64,000 bases of DNA from Calditrichia bacterium (lineage in GTDB: Bacteria; Calditrichota; Calditrichia; JAJRVZ01). The stretch lies in NCBI GenBank assembly GCA_963796965.1, contig CAWCNS010000006.1, forward strand, positions 1 to 64,000. Direction: 5' to 3'. Within the stretch, counting starts at the first letter, position 1; each line of letters opens with the position of its first letter. Positions 19,725 to 30,393 of this stretch are shown here, piece by piece. The notes beneath the pieces were generated by a model. It searched no databases. It saw nothing but the letters and a program-made list of their open reading frames with translations, and was not told the origin of the DNA. Position numbers and translations under genes: made by a program.

Positions 19725-21401
19725 TCATATTTTCTCAACCTGGAATTCCTGAGAGAATATCCCCAATCTTTTTTCATTCTGATCTTCCAGTCTTAAATAC
19801 AAGGTATATTTTCCGGTAGGAAGATTGAGAACAATCGTTTCTTTAACAAGATACTCCTCACCTGGAATTTTGCCAATATTACGGATTACTTCGTTTCTGG
19901 CTACATCGCGGAGATCTTCATCCACGATACAATAGACTTCTTTATATCGAATATTGTGACCTTCCGCTGAGGATAGTAATTTAAATTCACCGGCTTGTAT
20001 TTGATAGTGATAGCGTAGATTTCCTTGTTGTGCAGCTGATGCAGATTCAAGATTAAGTTGAATGTTTTTTATCGGTGTGGCCTTATAATCATATTTAAAA
20101 CGCATTTCATTATTATATATGAAATTTGCCTGAATATTGGCATCTACTGATCTCATGTTATCTAAAAATCCGGAGTAGTTGGCTCCAGCGGGAGATTGAC
20201 TATATAAATTTAACCGACGCGACGCCAATTCACCTGCATGAATGGCTTTGCCATAAATATTAGTCATATGAACATTAACCACAAAATCTACACCATACCG
20301 ATAATAGGTCCATACTTCTTTTTTCCAGCTATGCTCTGAACGGGCCGACGGCTCACCATATTTAATATAAAGTTCCCCTCTGGCATCCCATGGGGCATGT
20401 AATCCATCGGGACGCAAGAATTGATCGGGCATATATTTAAAATCGGAATAATCCCATAATGCAGAGAATTTTGCCCTGGCAAATTGAACACGTCGTATAA
20501 ACTCTTCCTTTGTTTCATTTTCTAATGATGTGGGGGTTGGATCTTTTCTTTTCCAGTATTTTCGCTGCCATTCTTTCTTGTCATACTCATTTTCAAGTGA
20601 ACGGAATTCTTCAAACTTTTCTGTCGAAAGAATATGCCAGAGACCAAAATCCATTAATTCCTGCTCCGACCAATTGGATTCTATTTTGAGCATAGACCGA
20701 TATTGATCATAGCGTGCCGTACTAAACCACATAAAATTCTCATCTGAGTTTTCCTCTGACTCAGGAATGATTGGTTTATAGATAAATTCAATCTGTTCGG
20801 ATTTCTGGGTCGAAGAACTATCATTAACAGACATACGTGTAATCTGTAAAATAGCAGCAAGATCCCTTGCCAGGGGGCCATAATCTTCATCGGCCTCCAT
20901 CTTTCTTAATACAGGTAACGCTCGTGGATCTCCTATTCTTCCAAGAGCGATCGCGGCACGAAATTGGATATCGTTTAAATCTTCTTTTAATTCCTTATAT
21001 AAAAACGTTCGGTAATTCTCATTGCCTTCCATAACAAAATTTTCAGCCAACTCAATTTGATGTATCGTCGCGTCATCAACCCAGGTGCTCTTAGGATATT
21101 TCTCAATTAATCTCGCAAATGCCATAAATGATTCGTTCTTCTTATCCGGCATCATTTCCAGGCTGTAGGCAATCCAGAATAAAGCATCATCTTCATATTT
21201 ACTTTCAGGGTAAGTTTCAAGAAGCTCTTCAAAGAGAGAAACAGCAGATGCCCATTCATGTGTATAACATTTTTTCTTCGCTTCCTGATAAAGTTCACGT
21301 ACGTCTTTATACTGGGCCTGTAGCGCTGATAAAATGAGAAACACCATTAATAATGTCAGGTTACAAAACCTGAAAAATCGAATCATTATATTATCCTCCA
21401 A
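19725..21401 (-). CDS. Secreted TPR/HEAT protein with GWxTD-like domain
   Basis: YPESKYEDDALFWIAY TPR, RAAIALGRIGDPRALP HEAT repeat, YWKRKDPTPTSLENE..EEFIRRVQFA, DARGELYIKYGEP, EVWTY. Confidence 0.78.
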   Translation of the reverse strand: MEDNIMIRFFRFCNLTLLMVFLILSALQAQYKDVRELYQEAKKKCYTHEWASAVSLFEELLETYPESKYEDDALFWIAYSLEMMPDKKNESFMAFARLIEKYPKSTWVDDATIHQIELAENFVMEGNENYRTFLYKELKEDLNDIQFRAAIALGRIGDPRALPVLRKMEADEDYGPLARDLAAILQITRMSVNDSSSTQKSEQIEFIYKPIIPESEENSDENFMWFSTARYDQYRSMLKIESNWSEQELMDFGLWHILSTEKFEEFRSLENEYDKKEWQRKYWKRKDPTPTSLENETKEEFIRRVQFARAKFSALWDYSDFKYMPDQFLRPDGLHAPWDARGELYIKYGEPSARSEHSWKKEVWTYYRYGVDFVVNVHMTNIYGKAIHAGELASRRLNLYSQSPAGANYSGFLDNMRSVDANIQANFIYNNEMRFKYDYKATPIKNIQLNLESASAAQQGNLRYHYQIQAGEFKLLSSAEGHNIRYKEVYCIVDEDLRDVARNEVIRNIGKIPGEEYLVKETIVLNLPTGKYTLYLRLEDQNEKRLGIFSQEFQVEKI

Positions 21402-21423
21402 AGATAATAACCAAATTATTCTC

Positions 21424-22200
21424 TCACGTGCCTCGTTTTGGCGGAGGTGTGATAATAGCTTTTTTAAGAATCCTTACCTCTTCTATCAAGCCAGCATCTT
21501 TGATTACCGTCTTAATCGTACCAAGAAAATCACTTAATTCATCCCGCTCAATATTGGCAATTTGGTGTAATAACATCTGCATCTGACCAATAAGATCGAG
21601 TAGTTTAACATTATTTAGTTTAAGAGCTATGTCACGTACTCTTAATGTTTTATGTAATAAAGACTGTGCAAGTTCCCCATCAAGATAAAAATCTGGATCA
21701 TCTATATTATTTTCTATTTCCAAAAGCAATATTTCTGAGGCCAGGAGATAGTAATAAACATAATCAACATCCTCCTTACCCACTGGTCTCGTTGATGGCG
21801 AAGGATAGCTGCTTTGATAAATAACTTGAGGCTCCGGGGAAGAAAAAAGTATCCAACCTACAATAATACCCGTGGCTATAAGCATTACCAGTTGAGCAAC
21901 ACGAAAGAGAGGCGAACGAGAACTTGTCAGGCGATAAATTAATAGAATGAACTTATGAGATATAGATTCTCTTCCGTAGCTAAGATTTACCTGTTGGTGA
22001 TAGTTCGCCAACAATTCACTTGATGGGGTGGGACGATTATATTTATTCAGGATTGAATGTACCGAGTAGAAATCATTTATTTTTTTTGTACAGATTGGGC
22101 AGGTTAGCAAATGTTTTTGGAGGGCAAGTTCCTCCGCCGGAGAAAGTTCCCCACTATAATATCCTTCAAAATAATTTTCGAATTCACAATTAGATTTCAT
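21424..22200 (-). CDS. Zinc-finger (zf-HC2) transmembrane anti-sigma factor
   Basis: HLLTCPIC (HxxxCxxC), single TM segment, follows ECF sigma gene. Confidence 0.85.
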   Translation of the reverse strand: MKSNCEFENYFEGYYSGELSPAEELALQKHLLTCPICTKKINDFYSVHSILNKYNRPTPSSELLANYHQQVNLSYGRESISHKFILLIYRLTSSRSPLFRVAQLVMLIATGIIVGWILFSSPEPQVIYQSSYPSPSTRPVGKEDVDYVYYYLLASEILLLEIENNIDDPDFYLDGELAQSLLHKTLRVRDIALKLNNVKLLDLIGQMQMLLHQIANIERDELSDFLGTIKTVIKDAGLIEEVRILKKAIITPPPKRGT

Positions 22201-22206
22201 AATCGT

Positions 22207-22740
22207 TTAGCTGACTCTTTTCAAATCCTTCTGTAACTTTTGAATGGCACGATGCAAATGTATACGAACGGTACTTTCAGCACAATCCAATACTTCGGCA
22301 ATTTCATGAATTGATTTTTGGTGAAAATATCTAAGTATAATTGCCGTATGCTGATTTTCAGATAGTTTATTTATGGCATAGATCATTTCATCATCTAATA
22401 AATCTTGAGCATTTTGTGGCGTTCCATTTTCTCTTTCATCGTCCGCTGCTTCAAGAGGCCGTCTTTTTTTACGTGCCCTACTTTTAAGTGCATCAATTGA
22501 AGCATTGACCGCGATGCGATATAACCATGATGAGAACAAAGATTTTTCCTCAAAATCACGAATATTCCGGAACGCCCTCATAAACACATCCTGAGCCACG
22601 TCTTTGGCCTGATCATAATCCCGCAGATAATCATAGACAAGATTTAGCAAAGGATCACGATACTTCCGGACAAGCTTTCCAAAAGCAGCCTTGTTTCCAT
22701 GTTTGGCAAACCGGACTAATCTTTTATCAGGATCTACCAT
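22207..22740 (-). CDS. ECF RNA polymerase sigma factor
   Basis: AKDVAQDVF, FSSWLYRIAVN, EIAEVLDCAESTVRIHLHRA. Confidence 0.95.
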   Translation of the reverse strand: MVDPDKRLVRFAKHGNKAAFGKLVRKYRDPLLNLVYDYLRDYDQAKDVAQDVFMRAFRNIRDFEEKSLFSSWLYRIAVNASIDALKSRARKKRRPLEAADDERENGTPQNAQDLLDDEMIYAINKLSENQHTAIILRYFHQKSIHEIAEVLDCAESTVRIHLHRAIQKLQKDLKRVS

Positions 22741-22791
22741 TCATACTCCTTAAAGCTATAAATGGATTCCTGATTTTATTTTTTATTCTAT

Positions 22792-22821
22792 TAGACGACA
22801 TAGGGACTTGGAATATTTACA
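22792..22821 (-). promoter_or_regulatory. Candidate autoregulatory ECF promoter
   Basis: Minus strand TGTAAAT-N17-CGTCTA about 50 nt upstream of the ECF gene; resembles the generic ECF AAC/CGT promoter pattern. Confidence 0.3.
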
Positions 22822-23197
22822 CTCTTTTTTGAATAGTACAAATTTGTGTTAAATCTATCAACATAATATATGGAGGAAAGATTCCTTTTTAGGCAGGATG
22901 CATTATATATAAAAACCACAGAAAGCCCAGATATTTCTCGGTGAAATCTGTGGTTTAATATAATTTTGATATGTGCCACTACTCCAAAAATGTCATTATT
23001 GTGGCAGAATTTTTTATCACGAAGGACTCACAAAATGCCAGGAAGATATTTCTATTATCATATATTTATTTTGAGATGATAGCAATTTCTCGTAATAAAG
23101 GTTTTCATTCTATGATCTCTATTAAATATCTTCGTGTCTTTTCGTGGTACTAAACTAATTTGTTTACCGTAAAATACTGAAGCATTAATTCTATAAA

Positions 23198-23626
23198 TTA
23201 GTCTAAGAAGCGAATTGTAAAAGGATAACGATACTTTACACCCTCATTCGCTTTAATTGAAGCTATCACAATCACAATTAACTCGAATAAACCTAACAAT
23301 ATTAACATCGGTATACCGATGACGATGACTATCAAAATGATTGAGGCTATGATATATATTGTCATGCTAATCTGAAAATTTATGGCCTCTTTTCCCTGAT
23401 CATCGACCAGAGGAAATTCTTCCTTTTTTAATACCCAGATAATTAATGGCGCTATGATATTGCCAAAAGGAATAATAAAGCCTGCTAATGCACTAAGATG
23501 ACAAAACATCGCCCACATTTTTTCATCGCTACTCAGCACAGGTTGATCTACCGGTTGATCTACCGGTTGATCTTTCTTCTCATTAACATCAGTCATTAAA
23601 TAGTCTCCTCTATTAAAATGAATCAT
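23198..23626 (-). CDS. DUF4870 membrane protein
   Basis: EKMWAMFCHLS, APLIIW, GKEAINFQIS, YRYPFTIRF; true start may be the MTD codon. Confidence 0.9.
   Translation of the reverse strand: MIHFNRGDYLMTDVNEKKDQPVDQPVDQPVLSSDEKMWAMFCHLSALAGFIIPFGNIIAPLIIWVLKKEEFPLVDDQGKEAINFQISMTIYIIASIILIVIVIGIPMLILLGLFELIVIVIASIKANEGVKYRYPFTIRFLD
23541..23573. repeat. 12-bp in-frame tandem repeat (about 2.75 copies; encodes DQPV)
   Basis: GGTTGATCTACC GGTTGATCTACC GGTTGATCT. Confidence 0.85.
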
Positions 23627-24156
23627 TAAACTAAATTAATCTATTATCACCAATAATTCGTCTTAAAACAATAAAACACTCAATGGTGACATCTTCGTCT
23701 CATCATATCCAATAATTATTATTAAAAATAAATTTGATTTTATTCAAACTCTGATAGATTTTTTTCAAAAGACGAAATATCGCCTGATTGGCGTTCCTTT
23801 ACTGAAACATACAAAATAAAATACTATGAGGGGAAATATCTGCAAAAATAAATATAATTATTTCACTCGGCAACCTGAGAAATAGTTCTACGTACTAAAA
23901 TTATTATCATAAAACACAATTTTTTGAAACATTTACCTATTTTTGTTAGTTTTAGATTACAGAGTGCTAAATTATAACTAATAATTAGTACATTACTGAT
24001 CGGATGATTATGATAACTTTTGAGAAATATATTGCACCTTTGGGAAGCAAAGACCCTCATATGTCACCTTTTGGTTTAAGAGCCACTTAAATTTAATTCA
24101 GTAGGTTATTCATTCACCCATCATTTTTTTTTATTATTAATAAAAGGTAGTATCAA

Positions 24157-26163
24157 ATGAAACCACTCCGCATTTTTCTTTTTCTGTTTTTAGCCATAAG
24201 TATATTTGCTGCAGATTCTACTAAGATTGTATTTGATCGCCTCAGTCCGGAACCGCAACATAAAAAAGTTGCGCCCCTGATCGTCAAATATCTGGATAAT
24301 TTTCACTATCAAAAGAAAGCAATCGATGATTCGATGTCAGCTGAAACATTCGACCGTTTCTTTAAAAAGCTAGATCCTGCCCGAATGTATTTTCTTGATT
24401 CGGATATCAGCTTATTTGATAAATATCGCTATGTTCTTGATGATTATATCCGAATTGGTTTTGTAGATCCCGCTTATGAGATATTTCATGTATATGAGCA
24501 ACGTATTGCCAACCGGCTGGAATATGTATATAAAAGATTAGAAAAACCTTTCGAATTTTCTACGGATGAATATTTAGATCTAAACCGTGATGAACAACCC
24601 CGGGCAAAAACGCTAGCCCAGTTGGATGATTTGTGGCGTAAACGTCTGAAAAGCGAAGCATTAAATCTTAAACTCAGTGGCAAGGAATGGGATGAAACGG
24701 TTGAAATCCTTACAAAACGCTACAAACGATTTCAAAAAAATGTGTCACAATTTCAAAGTGAAGATATATTTCAAATTTTGATGAATAGTTTTTCTGAATC
24801 ATTTGATCCCCATACCAGTTATTTTCCTCCAAAACTTTTTGATGACTTTAAGATCCAAATGAGTCAAGCCTATAGCGGTATTGGTGCCCGACTCCAAACC
24901 GAAGACGACTATACGGTAGTTCGTGAGGTTATTCCCGGGGGACCAGCTGATAAAAGTAAGTTGTTAAATGCCGATGATAAAATAGTTGGGGTAGGACAAG
25001 AAACCGGGGGAGAAGTAATTGATGTGGTGGGTTGGCGCATCGACGATGTTGTGCAGCTTATCCGGGGAGAGAAGGAGACAACTGTCCGTCTGCAAATCCT
25101 GCCTGCCGGTAGTTCTCCCGGTGCTCCCACTGATACGATCGCTCTGATTCGCGATAAAATTAAACTCGAGGATCAATCAGCCGAAGGACGAATTATAAAA
25201 ATCACTTCTGAAGAGAGGGATTTTTATTTTGGTGTTATTGATATTCCCCAGTTTTATTCCGATTTCGATGGCATGCAGTCGGGAGAGAAAAACTACAAAG
25301 GCACCACCAATGATGTAAAGAAGATTTTAGCTGAGCTAGAGGCAGATACTCTTGATGGTATTATTATTGATCTGCGTCGAAACGGTGGTGGATTTTTAAA
25401 TGAAGCCATTGATTTAACCGGATTGTTTATTGAAAAAGGACCTGTTGTTCAGGTGAGAAATACATCAGGCAAGGTAGCTGTGGAGTGGGATGATAAAGGC
25501 GAGCAAGTGTATAGTGGGCCCCTGGCTGTTTTAGTCGATCGCATCAGTGCATCTGCATCAGAAATTTTTGCTGCCGCCATACAAGATTATAATCGTGGTC
25601 TTGTTATCGGATCTCAGACTTTTGGAAAAGGTACTGTTCAAAATGCGGTTGGCCTTAATCGCTTTTTACCCAATACAAAAACAAAATTAGGACAGTTGAA
25701 AATTACAGTAGCAAAGTTTTACAGAATTAATGGAGGGTCGACCCAACATATTGGTGTAATTCCTGATATATCCTTTCCATCACGTTTTGAGTTAATGGAT
25801 ATCGGTGAGAGTAACGAGCAAAACGCCTTGTTATGGGATCAAATTGATCCTGTACAATATAGAAACTATTCAAATTTAGAGGATGTAGTTCCAAAATTGG
25901 AGATGCGCCACAACCTTAGAATCAGTGCAAGTCCCGAATATGCCACACTCCTTGAAAGCATGGAGGAAATTGAGCGGAATAGAAATAACACCAGAGTCTC
26001 TTTGAATTATGATATCCGGAAAAAAGAACGCGAAGAAGCCGATGAAAAAAAGAAACTGGAAAGTGAAAAGGACAAAGAAAGCGAAGAAGACAAAAAAGAA
26101 GATCTTCTTTTATTAGAAAGTGCCCAGGTGTTGAGTGACTATATTATGATATCAACAGATTAA
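24157..26163 (+). CDS. prc: Carboxy-terminal processing protease (Prc/Tsp, S41)
   Basis: DPHTSYF, GIGARL PDZ, DLRRNGGG, SASASEIFAAAIQDY, TFGKGTVQ. Confidence 0.93.
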   Translation: MKPLRIFLFLFLAISIFAADSTKIVFDRLSPEPQHKKVAPLIVKYLDNFHYQKKAIDDSMSAETFDRFFKKLDPARMYFLDSDISLFDKYRYVLDDYIRIGFVDPAYEIFHVYEQRIANRLEYVYKRLEKPFEFSTDEYLDLNRDEQPRAKTLAQLDDLWRKRLKSEALNLKLSGKEWDETVEILTKRYKRFQKNVSQFQSEDIFQILMNSFSESFDPHTSYFPPKLFDDFKIQMSQAYSGIGARLQTEDDYTVVREVIPGGPADKSKLLNADDKIVGVGQETGGEVIDVVGWRIDDVVQLIRGEKETTVRLQILPAGSSPGAPTDTIALIRDKIKLEDQSAEGRIIKITSEERDFYFGVIDIPQFYSDFDGMQSGEKNYKGTTNDVKKILAELEADTLDGIIIDLRRNGGGFLNEAIDLTGLFIEKGPVVQVRNTSGKVAVEWDDKGEQVYSGPLAVLVDRISASASEIFAAAIQDYNRGLVIGSQTFGKGTVQNAVGLNRFLPNTKTKLGQLKITVAKFYRINGGSTQHIGVIPDISFPSRFELMDIGESNEQNALLWDQIDPVQYRNYSNLEDVVPKLEMRHNLRISASPEYATLLESMEEIERNRNNTRVSLNYDIRKKEREEADEKKKLESEKDKESEEDKKEDLLLLESAQVLSDYIMISTD

Positions 26164-26254
26164 ATTAGTAATTAGTAACTGGGAATTAGGAATATTGGGT
26201 GTTCGGTGTTTTTCTATCTTAAAATTTAAAACTCCGAGCACCAAGTTCCCGGTT
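26163..26254. repeat. Heptamer-based imperfect hairpin between convergent genes
   Basis: AATTAGT AATTAGT AACTGGG AATTAGG; AACTGGGAA pairs with TTCCCGGTT and GGTGTTCGG with CCGAGCACC. Confidence 0.5.
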
Positions 26255-26283
26255 CCAATTCACCTCTCCTATCACCAACCTCC

Positions 26284-27561
26284 TTAGACATTAAACACTT
26301 CCACCAGCCACAGACTCAATTCAGGAATATAGGTGATTAATCCCAAAGCAATTAGCAAAATGATGAGAAAGGGAATCGTTGCCACATAGAGTTTTAATAT
26401 CGGCTTCTCAAAACGGAAAGATGCTATGAATAAGTTCATTCCAACAGGGGGGGTTGAATATCCAATGCCCAAATTCGCGAGAAAAATAATCCCCAAATGG
26501 ACGGGATCAACACCAAAATTGATAGCGATAGGTGTTATAAGTGGTACCACAACCAAAATAGCTGAGAAGATATCCATTAATGCACCAACCACGAGCAGAA
26601 AAACATTCAAGACCAATAAAAATGCAATTTTTGAGGAGATAAACGTTTTCATCCAATCCAATATCTGCATCGGGATTTCTGCATAAATCATATAATTTGC
26701 TAAGCCCATGGCAGCCGAAAGAATCACTAGAATTCCCCCAACCAGGATCATACTGTCTTTCATCACTTTAGGAAGATCTTTAGTCAGGCTAATGTCTTTA
26801 TAGATAAAGACTTCTACAATTAAAACATAGAATGCGGTGACAGCTGCCGCCTCCGTAGCGGTGAAAAATCCACCGTAGATACCAACCAGGATGATAAAGG
26901 GAAGCGGGATCTCCCAGGCAGCATTTTTTGTAGCCTGCCAGGCTTTTTTTACGGAAAAGGGTTCGACTGTAGGGTTTACTTTTCGCATCCGTCCAACGCT
27001 GTATATGGACATCAAAACAACCATCAAGAGTCCGGGAATAATACCAGCAATAAACAGTTTATCGATACTTGTCTCTGACACAAGTCCATATAGAATAATT
27101 GGCAGGCTGGGGGGAAATAATAAACCTAAATTTCCTGAAGCCGTAAGAATACCCAGATTAAATTTCTCCGGATAATTCTCATTCTGCAACACCGGATACA
27201 ACAGACCACCCAAAGCAATAATGGTCACACCTGAGGCCCCGGTAAAAGCAGTAAATATTGCACATGACACCAATGTAACAATACCAAGACCACCCGGCAA
27301 CCAACCAAAGAATGCCCTGGAAAGGGCAACCAAACGTTGGGGTGTTTTACTTTCGGCCAGTAAGTAGCCAGCTAATGTAAAGAGCGGAATAGCGAATAAT
27401 ACAGGTTGACTTGCCAAACGGTATAGTTCAATGATGACTGCTGAAGAATCTATTTCAACAAAATAAAACGCCGCCAGGGCAATTGCTGCAATGATCACAA
27501 ATAGGCTTGTTCCAAATAAAGCCAGAGCAATGAGCAGCAGTCCAAGAAGAAAGGTGGTCAT
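26284..27561 (-). CDS. dctM: TRAP transporter large permease
   Basis: AIPLFTLAG, GLLFPPSLP, GFFTATEAA, GVDPVHLG, TPPVGMNLF. Confidence 0.95.
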   Translation of the reverse strand: MTTFLLGLLLIALALFGTSLFVIIAAIALAAFYFVEIDSSAVIIELYRLASQPVLFAIPLFTLAGYLLAESKTPQRLVALSRAFFGWLPGGLGIVTLVSCAIFTAFTGASGVTIIALGGLLYPVLQNENYPEKFNLGILTASGNLGLLFPPSLPIILYGLVSETSIDKLFIAGIIPGLLMVVLMSIYSVGRMRKVNPTVEPFSVKKAWQATKNAAWEIPLPFIILVGIYGGFFTATEAAAVTAFYVLIVEVFIYKDISLTKDLPKVMKDSMILVGGILVILSAAMGLANYMIYAEIPMQILDWMKTFISSKIAFLLVLNVFLLVVGALMDIFSAILVVVPLITPIAINFGVDPVHLGIIFLANLGIGYSTPPVGMNLFIASFRFEKPILKLYVATIPFLIILLIALGLITYIPELSLWLVEVFNV

Positions 27562-28073
27562 GATTTCACCTCCTCCTTTTTGCTAAACCATCCAACCAGT
27601 TGTTCTATCGCTTGGACCAGGAAACGGAACGCCATTAACAAGAATCCTATGGGAATAATGACCTGGAAATACCATGCCGGCACATTATTAAATACCTCAG
27701 TTCCCATCATCTTTTCATCCTGAACAAAGGTCCAACTGGCATCTGTCAGCCACAGACAAATAAAGACAGAGAAAAGCCCTGTGATTAGATGACTAATAAT
27801 TTTACCTTTTTCCGAAAGAAAACGTGTAAAAAGATCAATATTGATATGTTTGGATTCGCGTGCAGCCAGGGAAGCACCTAAAAAACCAACCCAGAGGACC
27901 AGATGACGCAGAAGAATATCACCCCACAGAATGCCTTCATCAAACAGGTTTCGAAGAACAACCTGAAGAAAAGAAAATATAACCATAACGGCGAGTACTG
28001 CTACCAACACCGCCGTCTCTGTTCGTTCAATCCAGTTATTCAGTTTTTCAAGAAATTTCATCTTAAATATCAC
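27558..28073 (-). CDS. dctQ: TRAP transporter small permease
   Basis: QVVLRN, LWVGFLGASLA..KHINID. Confidence 0.92.
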   Translation of the reverse strand: MIFKMKFLEKLNNWIERTETAVLVAVLAVMVIFSFLQVVLRNLFDEGILWGDILLRHLVLWVGFLGASLAARESKHINIDLFTRFLSEKGKIISHLITGLFSVFICLWLTDASWTFVQDEKMMGTEVFNNVPAWYFQVIIPIGFLLMAFRFLVQAIEQLVGWFSKKEEVKS

Positions 28074-28198
28074 TCATATTTTATCATGGAAATTTTAATT
28101 TTTGGGGCTAATACATTATAAGCCAGGTTGGAGATGTATCTATTTCCCGGCTTATAATTCTGAACTCAATTTTTTTTATCAATGGCAATTTTATAAAT

Positions 28199-29197
28199 CT
28201 ATTTTGCTTCCTTCGCTCTGATTTCTTCCACCAGGGATTCTACTTTTACCAAAAACTCATCATCATACATTTTTCCGATTAAATCACGTCGTGCTTTTTT
28301 ACCGGAACTGTAAAATCCATCAATATTTTTTTGGTCAGAAATTTTTGTAAAAACAATCCCAGACTCCTTTAGTAGTTCTAGAGATTTTTGATTGTCCTCA
28401 CGGCTGAGGCGTGTGAGCTCTCCAAAATATTTCCTGGATAAATCACGTAGAACTTTTTTTTGTGAATCGCTAAGTTTATTAAATTTCTTTTTAGAAAGAA
28501 GTACCGCGCCGTTTGAATCAGCGAGGGGTAAATCAAGCATATACTTTACTTTTGTATACCACTGAACCGCTACACATGCTAATGGAGACACATAAACCCC
28601 ATTGATCAGATTTGTTTGTAATGATGTCATAACGTCTGTGATAGAGAGGGGAATTGGGCTAATGCCAAATGCCCTAAATGTCGCTTCAGCAACGGGATCA
28701 CCTTCCCACATCCACATTTTTACACCGGACATATCATCCAAGGATTTAATTGGTTCATTTGTAAAAACGTATACAAAGCCTACTTCTGCCCAACCCAGCA
28801 GGATAAATCCTTTCTCCTCAAACTTTTGAGAAAAATAATCAAATAACCGTGAACTGACATAATCGACTTCTTTATGGGATTTAAACAGAAAAGGCGAATC
28901 CAATATTCTTACTTCGGGTACAATCTCACCGAGACCAACACCGGTAAAGCCACCACTATCCAGTTGCCCGATACGAATTTTTCTTAAAACGTCTTTCTCA
29001 TCACCGGCGACCTGACCGGGATATATCTTAAACTTGATCTCGTTATTTGTAGCGTCCTCGACCGCTTTAGCATATTCCTTCATAACTTTCATCCAGGTCG
29101 AACCATCTGGGGCAACCGTAGCAAATCGTATCTTGGTCTGACCCATTACCAGGTTAACCGAGAAAATAAAAAAAACAAGAATTAAAACCTTACGCAT
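28199..29197 (-). CDS. dctP: TRAP substrate-binding protein (TatP-type DctP)
   Basis: IRFATVAPDGSTW, GDEKDVLRKIRIGQL, KMWMWEGDP. Confidence 0.92.
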   Translation of the reverse strand: MRKVLILVFFIFSVNLVMGQTKIRFATVAPDGSTWMKVMKEYAKAVEDATNNEIKFKIYPGQVAGDEKDVLRKIRIGQLDSGGFTGVGLGEIVPEVRILDSPFLFKSHKEVDYVSSRLFDYFSQKFEEKGFILLGWAEVGFVYVFTNEPIKSLDDMSGVKMWMWEGDPVAEATFRAFGISPIPLSITDVMTSLQTNLINGVYVSPLACVAVQWYTKVKYMLDLPLADSNGAVLLSKKKFNKLSDSQKKVLRDLSRKYFGELTRLSREDNQKSLELLKESGIVFTKISDQKNIDGFYSSGKKARRDLIGKMYDDEFLVKVESLVEEIRAKEAK

Positions 29198-29286
29198 AAA
29201 GACCTCGCTATTATTGATGAGAAGTAAAAGACAGATAGTTAATCAATAAATTCTCAATTCAAAATTTATAATTATTAATTGCTTCT

Positions 29287-30175
29287 TTAGAACCACTCTT
29301 CCTTGTATAATTTCAGATAGGATGCCTTTTTCTTCGCAATCATATTAAGTAATTGATATCCTGGAAGAACATCTGCCGGAGTTTCTTCAACTTTTGCAAG
29401 CAGTTCATCGAATAATTCTTCATTTAATGTTTTAGCCGCATAGAACCTTGCATAATATATATAGGTTAAGAGAAATTTACCTTCTGTCGTTTTGAGGTTA
29501 TTTTCAAAATACTGACGGGCTTTTTCCGGATCTCCACCAAGCATTCTGGGTTTGGTTCCCCAGATACTGCCAAAGAACAGATCGGCTCCGCCATGAAAAT
29601 AAGCTTTCATCTAAATCAAGAACACGTTGCATAAGAGCCTCAACTCTTGGTAATTCCATCAAAGCTTTAGGATTATCTAAACTGAGGTTGATCCAGCTAC
29701 CCCAGGCAAAGGCTGTCCAAAAAATAGCTTCTAGATACTCATCATCCAACTGGTTGACCACCATAGTAAACTCATCCAATGTGGCAGCTTCATTTTGAGC
29801 AAACAAGTCATCCATCCTCAAGACTTTTAAGCCATATTCTTTTCCCCGCAAATAAAGACTTTTGGCCCGCTCCGGTTCTTCATCTTCCACAAATCCCATC
29901 GTATAGCCTGAAAATGCCTGAGATGTTAAAAGTAGCAAATCTTCATTTTCCGGATCTCCTTTAATCATGCCTTCTAATAATTTGATATTGGAAGCTAAGG
30001 CTTGTTCCGCTATAGTAAGATCGGTTTCTTCATACAATGCTGCAACACCATACTCTATAATGGTTCCTGTTTGTCGGATAACAAATTTATTCATACTACA
30101 AGATTGTACAAAAATAACCGGTATCAGAATAAACAATAGTTTTTTTATGATTACTTTGCTGGATCTTCGAGACAT
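29287..30175 (-). CDS. TRAP-associated TatT lipoprotein; frameshift near 29605
   Basis: Lipobox VQSC, EETDLTIAEQAL..NIKLLE, RAKSLYLRG, YFHGGAD..FG..P.MLGGDPEKA; directly upstream of dctPQM. Confidence 0.85.
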
Positions 30176-30393
30176 TTTAAACCTTATACCCTAATTTAAA
30201 ACATAGTAATTTTGATCTTTGTGATAATCGGAGATTTTCATTTCTGACTTTTATTGGAATTTTCTGAGTAAACAAATACTCTTCTTTTGGCAAAAAAGAT
30301 TTCCACATTGTTTAAGGATGGCATAACCATTAAATCAGTTTTAGACATCTACAGACAAATAATACGAACAGCATAATTAAAAATTATAATTAT

